Source: a virus. Taken from it: a DNA stretch of 64,000 nt. The translations under genes were made by a program, and so were the position numbers. Below the pieces are notes generated by a model. It searched no databases and was not told where the DNA came from. It was given only the letters and a program-made list of their open reading frames with translations. The stretch covers positions 30,260 through 94,259 of the IMG/VR virus record IMGVR_UViG_3300014208_000004. The stretch is one strand, 5' to 3'. Shown one piece after another: positions 59,501 through 64,000 of this stretch. Numbering within the stretch: the first letter of the stretch is position 1; every line of letters begins with the position of its first letter.

Positions 59501-60727
59501 GATAGGGTATACAAAAAATTAGATAACAGTCTTCTTTCATTTGAGAACTGGATTAAAGACAGACCACGTTATGCACCACGACAATCCGACTGGACATGGA
59601 ACGAAAAGAAAGAACGGCAAGCAACCGATAGAGCACAAGGAGAAATGAAGATACACGACAATCCACCCCTTGCATATATTAAGCGAGTGAACGGTAGAGA
59701 AGTTAAAAATTCAGATGTAACACCAGAGGCAATCAAAAATAATTTGGGATTCAACTCTGTACAATTTGGAAACTATGTAAAAGATGAAGAAGCCAAAGAG
59801 CATGTAAAACATTTCATTGCAAGCATCTATGATTTAGAAGATGCACTTGGAATAGATATGACAAAAATAAATAAGATGGGTAATCTATCCATGGCATTTG
59901 GAGCACGGTGGAGCGGAAAAGCAGGAGCGCATTATGAATCAATGGCAAAGATTATTAATCTCACAAAAACAAACGGCGATGGAGCAGTAGCACATGAATT
60001 TCATCACTACTTTGACCATCTCTTTGCGGGAATGAAAGAAACAGGTACACGGGACAATATGTTTTTATCGCATCAAAAATCCAACGATACACCAATTGGT
60101 AAAGCGATGAATAAAGTCATGGATGCAATTTATAAAGGGGACTATGTAGAAGAAAAAGTATTTGAACCAGACGGGAAACATTCTTATCCATCGATAAAAA
60201 GAACGTACGACCAAAAAGGATTGCAGGGAGCAATTGAAGAAATAAAACGCTATAGGTTCAACGCTGATTATTATAAATATCTTGCAAAACTAGAGGGGAA
60301 GCCAATTACAATTCCAATCGGAACAAGCACAACAAGATTTAATAAGAACGCACAAAATTTTAAGAGCGACTATTGGAGCCGTCCATTAGAATTATTTGCA
60401 CGAGCAACGGAATCATTTATCCAGGACAAGTTAGAAGAAAAAGGGATGTACAACAATTATCTTGTCAGTGGAAACGATGTAACAAAACCAGATGGAAAAT
60501 GGGATGCAGTATCATTGGGATTAACATATCCCCAGGGAGAAGAACGAAAGAAGATCAACGCAGCGATTGATGAACTTTGGAAAGTAGCAATCAAAGAATT
60601 AAATATTGGACAGGATAAACCAAAGGAAGGAAAACGAGTAACATCGGAAGTGAAGATTGAAAAGTCATTCAATGCCACAATTCATATATTCAATTTATCA
60701 AAACGATTTACATTCAACGGACGATAA
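56516..60727 (+). CDS. large polyvalent protein with zincin-like HExxH and LPD1-like domains
   Basis: DAGKRVGGSKKE, GFNSVQFGNYV, AFGAR, AGAHYE, AHEFHHYFDH, YWSRPLELFARATESFI, YPQGEERKKI. Confidence 0.82.
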   Translation: MNFFQRLFRKSQLDMFTASTPKKTTGLNFDKPKTDKEARIGDLKSENGKYYIFLETTIGKPRWHTHAELHQMAKEGKPIPEIAKKKIPSLKKVEEDKSKEPIAKHGDKIRFTDDEHKAEWIVQNSQINKEGKREYEIKYDNGEKGKDHTIFKTWVEQDDITSINGKNLNQKEKEAYELSVDEYINKLNSSRIPNGLTPISKNKNDKSYQLAKNSHKIRTQQAISEGKEVSPKAINDHEDIKKIEDAKSSLFSQSNKEKADPLSEAVNKKVNDKKNQEERNHRVFVVHKSNKPTTEHENLTEEEAKQIYEKYKTDADSEITTWNKSIYNDHGKVTSIPTVKMHVNKTKEEPAEPQEKKEYKFTTTNEFLKSKGLTEATAKKLSIDRKVELSKEYEQLQNNESKSAQEEFKQKSLEEKEQRRLEQEKNNKQFEDQLQMDEKDQSIEDRIDAKINDKRPLTPEEQKFFDENQYAPTGFKYDSQGNLIKQETTPAEPKHKELEDNSFDSLSEDAKQRAYKDYKKNSTNADTFEGFSQAMKGVEFNKDGTVIEPEHKVGDTKQEDGHTYRLNENHRWERVDEDKKEEHPTFEVGEKATFTSKDGKEYEVNFRGYNGDKAVIVGKPKDKIDQMEVDISQLKKIAKEESKPEPTEPKQEENQFDAKALKEKLLSLKPKLKFLNADERKAMEKLAERTSSAKNSQEKLEVAKDIDAFLTAIDKNIEDKAQRDRMVNPTLHAKKEDIHTIVEQKLDEKQENKSFKDAGKRVGGSKKEMAAIRAITSTDLDNMDNATAFKVVTKDRILPDIDVEQRRLDGEDAGLVFLKKKLHEAVSAKPANNPEARKAYVELIPKLFEKIDAAKSIDEIDDIGRNTFERLYSYRGGNKVFLIGSKDTVVEDYLGKTFLNLIAKNTDSAAENWSKAILYDAFPEKLSREKYEKYIEARTNNIKETKERLATRTPEEWERETKDDYMVKYTFNGNQLNKMKKEEPDKYAKLIQDHKDRVYKKLDNSLLSFENWIKDRPRYAPRQSDWTWNEKKERQATDRAQGEMKIHDNPPLAYIKRVNGREVKNSDVTPEAIKNNLGFNSVQFGNYVKDEEAKEHVKHFIASIYDLEDALGIDMTKINKMGNLSMAFGARWSGKAGAHYESMAKIINLTKTNGDGAVAHEFHHYFDHLFAGMKETGTRDNMFLSHQKSNDTPIGKAMNKVMDAIYKGDYVEEKVFEPDGKHSYPSIKRTYDQKGLQGAIEEIKRYRFNADYYKYLAKLEGKPITIPIGTSTTRFNKNAQNFKSDYWSRPLELFARATESFIQDKLEEKGMYNNYLVSGNDVTKPDGKWDAVSLGLTYPQGEERKKINAAIDELWKVAIKELNIGQDKPKEGKRVTSEVKIEKSFNATIHIFNLSKRFTFNGR

Positions 60728-60729
60728 CT

Positions 60730-61092
60730 ATGGCTAAGCGTAATGAAAAAGAATTCAATCAAAACTTCAACGAGATCCAATCGATCATTGAAAAGTATGT
60801 TCCCGGAGGAGTAGAAGCCCAAGCATTACTACTCCACGAAATAAATAAAAGCATCAATAAGGATGATATAGGCAGGGTATATCTTAATCAATACGCACTT
60901 GCCATGAGAAGGTTATCCATCAGTAAGTCATTCAAAGGAGATAACATCAAAGAATTATCTGAAAAATTTGACGTTTCCGAACAGACGATCCGAAACGATG
61001 TTAAGGAGCATTATGCAACCCAGATAAAAAAGTCAAAAGTTAAGGGCTTAAACTTTATCGGAATAAGAAAAAGCCTGGAATGTCAAGAATAG
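60730..61092 (+). CDS. HTH protein (Mor-like regulator candidate)
   Basis: FKGDNIKELSEKFDVSEQTIRNDV; RVYL. Confidence 0.6.
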   Translation: MAKRNEKEFNQNFNEIQSIIEKYVPGGVEAQALLLHEINKSINKDDIGRVYLNQYALAMRRLSISKSFKGDNIKELSEKFDVSEQTIRNDVKEHYATQIKKSKVKGLNFIGIRKSLECQE

Positions 61093-61179
61093 GAATTATT
61101 AAAAACTAACCTAATTTCTATAATTCCAACATTGTATTTTTGTTCTGTAAGTTTTACCACAAACACAATCTTTGAGACA

Positions 61180-62703
61180 ATGCAAAATACCCCGTTCAAA
61201 ATTTTTGGAAACGTAGAAATAATCAAAGCCGTATCTTCAAATCCATTGGATGGATTTAGGATCAGAGGAGTAGTTTTACGTAAAGCAAAAGATGAACAAG
61301 GTGAGACTCCAATGATGGACAAGATGGACTGGAGTTATTTTGATAAAACTCAAAACTTACTTTACGAACACAAACCCGCAACAATCACAATTGACAAATC
61401 GAAGAACACAACTTCAATCACTGCAAACGTCCCAGAGCCGGAAGATTATATCGGCAAAGTATTAAGCCGTACACGCAGTGCCGATGGAGCAAATGAAATC
61501 ATTGAAGCCCAACTGTACCCGAGCAATAAGAAAGCTCAGGACATTGTTAAGATGATGAAAGATATTGAACTCATTAACAAACAATATCCGAAGCAACAGA
61601 AGACAATTGGATTTTCAATTGAGGCAGTCCCGATCCAAAAAACTGTAAATGGAAAATATGCAGACAAGAACGGGAATTACGCCGGCAAAGTTATCAGCAT
61701 TGTAGTTTCACCAACACCGCAAGATGCAGGGACATACGCAGAAATAATGGAACACGAAAATAATAAAATTGCAAAATCATTGAGTGCAGGGTATGATGTT
61801 AATCCAGCGACAATGACAGACGGAGAAGCATTAAAGAAAGAAAGTTTAATAAGTAATAAAAAATCACAAACCAAAGGAGTAAGAACCATGCGTAAATACA
61901 AATCTATCCAAGATGCACATACCGAGTGCATTACAAAAGGCATGAAAGGTAAAGAAGCACAAGACGAAGCGACACGCTTGTGGAATGCACAATTGGCAGA
62001 AGAAGCCAATACGGTTACCGGATCAATTGAAAAGGGAATCGATGCAGCACTTTCTTTCATCAAAAAATCTTTTGAGCCGATCAATGCATTACTTGCCCGG
62101 ACATCGGAAGTTGAAACAAGTCTTATCCGAGCAGACATTGAAATCAAAAAATCTTTTGCGAATTACGAAGCATCAACAGAAGATCAGCCATTTGACGGCG
62201 GAGCAGCCGTTGTAGCAATTCAAAAAAGTGTCTACGGACTGCAGACCGAACAAAACATCAGCAACCAATCAATTGCAAAAGCGATGATTGCACAATCAGA
62301 AGCAATGCAAGAACTTTTTGGAATTGTAAAAAGTATGGCAACACAACTTTCAACAATCCAGGGTACCAGCGATGATACCATTAACCGTGTAACCGCAATC
62401 ATGCAGGGAGTTAAAAAATCTGTAGCAGGATCGACCACCGACCCAGCAGTATTGCGAACTCTTTCAGTTGATTCAAAACAAACTGAACTGAATGAAACAG
62501 ACCGGATTATCAAAGGCATTCCAGTAAAACGGATTGAACGATTCCTTGTAGACCGGGGGGAACAACTCGGACGAGAACAAGGTGCTGCATATTTCACTGC
62601 ACAGCAAAACTTTAAGGTGCAAGGATTGTCAGCAATCAACAAAGGGATGAGAAAAGAAATTGCTGATGCACTTGGAAGTTTTTCGTACGCAGTAGAAAAC
62701 TAG
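61180..62703 (+). CDS. prohead protease fused to scaffolding protein
   Basis: RIRGV....KDEQGE..MDWSYF...YEH, IGFSIE, VSPTP; helical C-half with many xxKS motifs; in-frame internal ATG 61888 with AAGGAG SD. Confidence 0.85.
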   Translation: MQNTPFKIFGNVEIIKAVSSNPLDGFRIRGVVLRKAKDEQGETPMMDKMDWSYFDKTQNLLYEHKPATITIDKSKNTTSITANVPEPEDYIGKVLSRTRSADGANEIIEAQLYPSNKKAQDIVKMMKDIELINKQYPKQQKTIGFSIEAVPIQKTVNGKYADKNGNYAGKVISIVVSPTPQDAGTYAEIMEHENNKIAKSLSAGYDVNPATMTDGEALKKESLISNKKSQTKGVRTMRKYKSIQDAHTECITKGMKGKEAQDEATRLWNAQLAEEANTVTGSIEKGIDAALSFIKKSFEPINALLARTSEVETSLIRADIEIKKSFANYEASTEDQPFDGGAAVVAIQKSVYGLQTEQNISNQSIAKAMIAQSEAMQELFGIVKSMATQLSTIQGTSDDTINRVTAIMQGVKKSVAGSTTDPAVLRTLSVDSKQTELNETDRIIKGIPVKRIERFLVDRGEQLGREQGAAYFTAQQNFKVQGLSAINKGMRKEIADALGSFSYAVEN

Positions 62704-62750
62704 TAATAGAAATTTATTTTTTTTAATCACTATCATTTAGGAGTTACACC

Positions 62751-64000
62751 ATGAACGAATTACTTTTCCCAGACGAGATTATCTCTCCATCGGGATCACT
62801 GGAAGCATCGGCAATGCCACAAAGTATGTTGCAAATGTTGACCAGTGCAAATCCGATTGAAGCAATCCGTAAAGCATTATCCATTGGTTACGATGTTGAC
62901 CCGGCAACAATGGCAGACGGAACCGCATTCCGTTTAGAATCACTTGAACCAGACCTTAAAAATTTGGTATTCAATGAACAGTCAACAGCAATGGCAAACG
63001 ACTTGTTATCTGCAAAGAAAACAGCGAACTCCACCGTTGAACAATACACCACGATCAACGATGTTGCTGAAGCATTCACGTATCTTGAGGGAGGCTTACC
63101 GCCACAAGAAGACGATGATTATTCACGCCGTTTTGAACAGATCAAATACATTGGAGCCGTTTGTCAGGTAACCAATGTTATCCAACAGGCAAAGAATATG
63201 GTATCTGCAATTGAACAAGAGAACCGTATGAAACTTCTTGCCATCAAAAAGAAATTGAATGTTCTTTCATACTTTGGAGACAAAACATTAGTTTCCACAG
63301 AATTCAATGGATTCTACAAAGCCGTTGAAACATTCGATTCAGGCTCAATTGTCAGTACAAACATCATTGACATGCACGGTTACCGACCTTCCTTGGAAAA
63401 ATTCAACCAAGGTGTACAGGTCATTCAAAGCGTTTCCGGTTACACGGATAAATTGCGATTGTATATGGGCATCAATGCACGATACGATTACAAGAATGAA
63501 TTGCTGAAAGAAAAACGCTACATGGTCACGGGAGATTCACCTTCCCAAATCCAAGGCGTAGAAGCAAACAAATTGATTTATGATGGAGGAATGGCTCCAA
63601 TACGTCCCGATATGTTCCTTAATCCCCGCAAGTTCCCACGCATGGCAGGGGGAGCATTCGTAGTATCAGGAGACACACCGCCAGCCACGCCGACAGTTAC
63701 CAGCGTAACACCAACCGTTGATGCAAATTCAACATTGGTTCCCGGCACGTATGATTATGCGATTGTAGCAGTAAATAAATACGGACAAAAATCAGTTCCA
63801 TCGGTAGTTGCGGCAACACAAAATGTTGCAGTGAACGCCGGAGAGAAAGTTGTATTTGTGATTGCTGATAGCGGAACAAGCCCAGCAGGAGCAGTTGCAA
63901 CAGCATTTGAAGTGTACCGCCGGGATTCTACATTGACCGCCGATACGGATTATCGTTATTTGTTCACTGCAGCAATCGGAACAGCATCGGATGACGGTGC
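62751..64000 (+). CDS. major capsid protein, SPO1/Twort-like (3' partial; absent from the ORF track because no stop falls in the window)
   Basis: Hand translation open to the end: IRKALSIGY...AFRLESLE..LKNL, STVEQY, EGGLP, IKYIG, YFGD...EFNG, IIDMHG, YDYAIVAVNKYGQ; AGGAG SD. Confidence 0.9.
   Translation, partial: MNELLFPDEIISPSGSLEASAMPQSMLQMLTSANPIEAIRKALSIGYDVDPATMADGTAFRLESLEPDLKNLVFNEQSTAMANDLLSAKKTANSTVEQYTTINDVAEAFTYLEGGLPPQEDDDYSRRFEQIKYIGAVCQVTNVIQQAKNMVSAIEQENRMKLLAIKKKLNVLSYFGDKTLVSTEFNGFYKAVETFDSGSIVSTNIIDMHGYRPSLEKFNQGVQVIQSVSGYTDKLRLYMGINARYDYKNELLKEKRYMVTGDSPSQIQGVEANKLIYDGGMAPIRPDMFLNPRKFPRMAGGAFVVSGDTPPATPTVTSVTPTVDANSTLVPGTYDYAIVAVNKYGQKSVPSVVAATQNVAVNAGEKVVFVIADSGTSPAGAVATAFEVYRRDSTLTADTDYRYLFTAAIGTASDDG

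Noticed and set aside
62944-63507. + strand ORFs 62944-63171 and 63307-63507
   Set aside because: Off-frame shadows inside the major capsid gene that starts at 62751.
639-63906. Numerous minus-strand ORFs in the track
   Set aside because: They lie antisense to convincing + strand genes, are Phe/Ser/Leu-rich mirror translations of A-rich codons, and show no recognisable motifs.
1-64000. CRISPR array, tRNA, rRNA, integrase or reverse transcriptase/DGR
   Set aside because: None recognised by eye: no regularly spaced repeat-spacer units and no cloverleaf, RT or recombinase motifs. A formal scan was not possible.

Overview
This 64-kb window is part of a large, low-GC dsDNA tailed phage or prophage. 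Essentially all real genes are on the + strand, which is strongly A-rich. From the left: an HNH-AP2 endonuclease, SbcD/SbcC (Mre11/Rad50), NinB-like, a HerA-like ATPase, a GIY-YIG endonuclease, a lambda-O-like replication initiator with internal iterons, NinG-like, a KhpA-like KH protein, and small and large terminase. Head genes of SPO1/Twort (Herelleviridae-like) type are scattered among clusters of small accessory genes: portal, MuF/gp7-like protein, a prohead protease-scaffold fusion, and a major capsid protein that runs off the right edge. The accessory clusters include GroES, four DNA methyltransferases plus one remnant, ASCH/PUA proteins, a nuclease plus SNF2 pair, and a protein ending in a bacterial ubiquitin-like domain. 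The most striking structure is a pair of giant polyvalent proteins (2553 and 1403 aa). They are punctuated by the same [I/L/F/V]-x-K-[S/A/G] motif seen at the predicted capsid maturation site and repeatedly in the scaffold. Several predicted cleavage products would begin with a QL(G/D)(L/M)F sliding-clamp-type motif and carry a repeated leader. This suggests capsid-packaged polyproteins that the protease cuts into effector modules (ParB-like, GNAT, two ART-like, pyrophosphatase-like, zincin/LPD1). Promoter and Shine-Dalgarno style point to an FCB-group, possibly Ignavibacteria-like, host. All assignments are by motif recognition; no searches were run.
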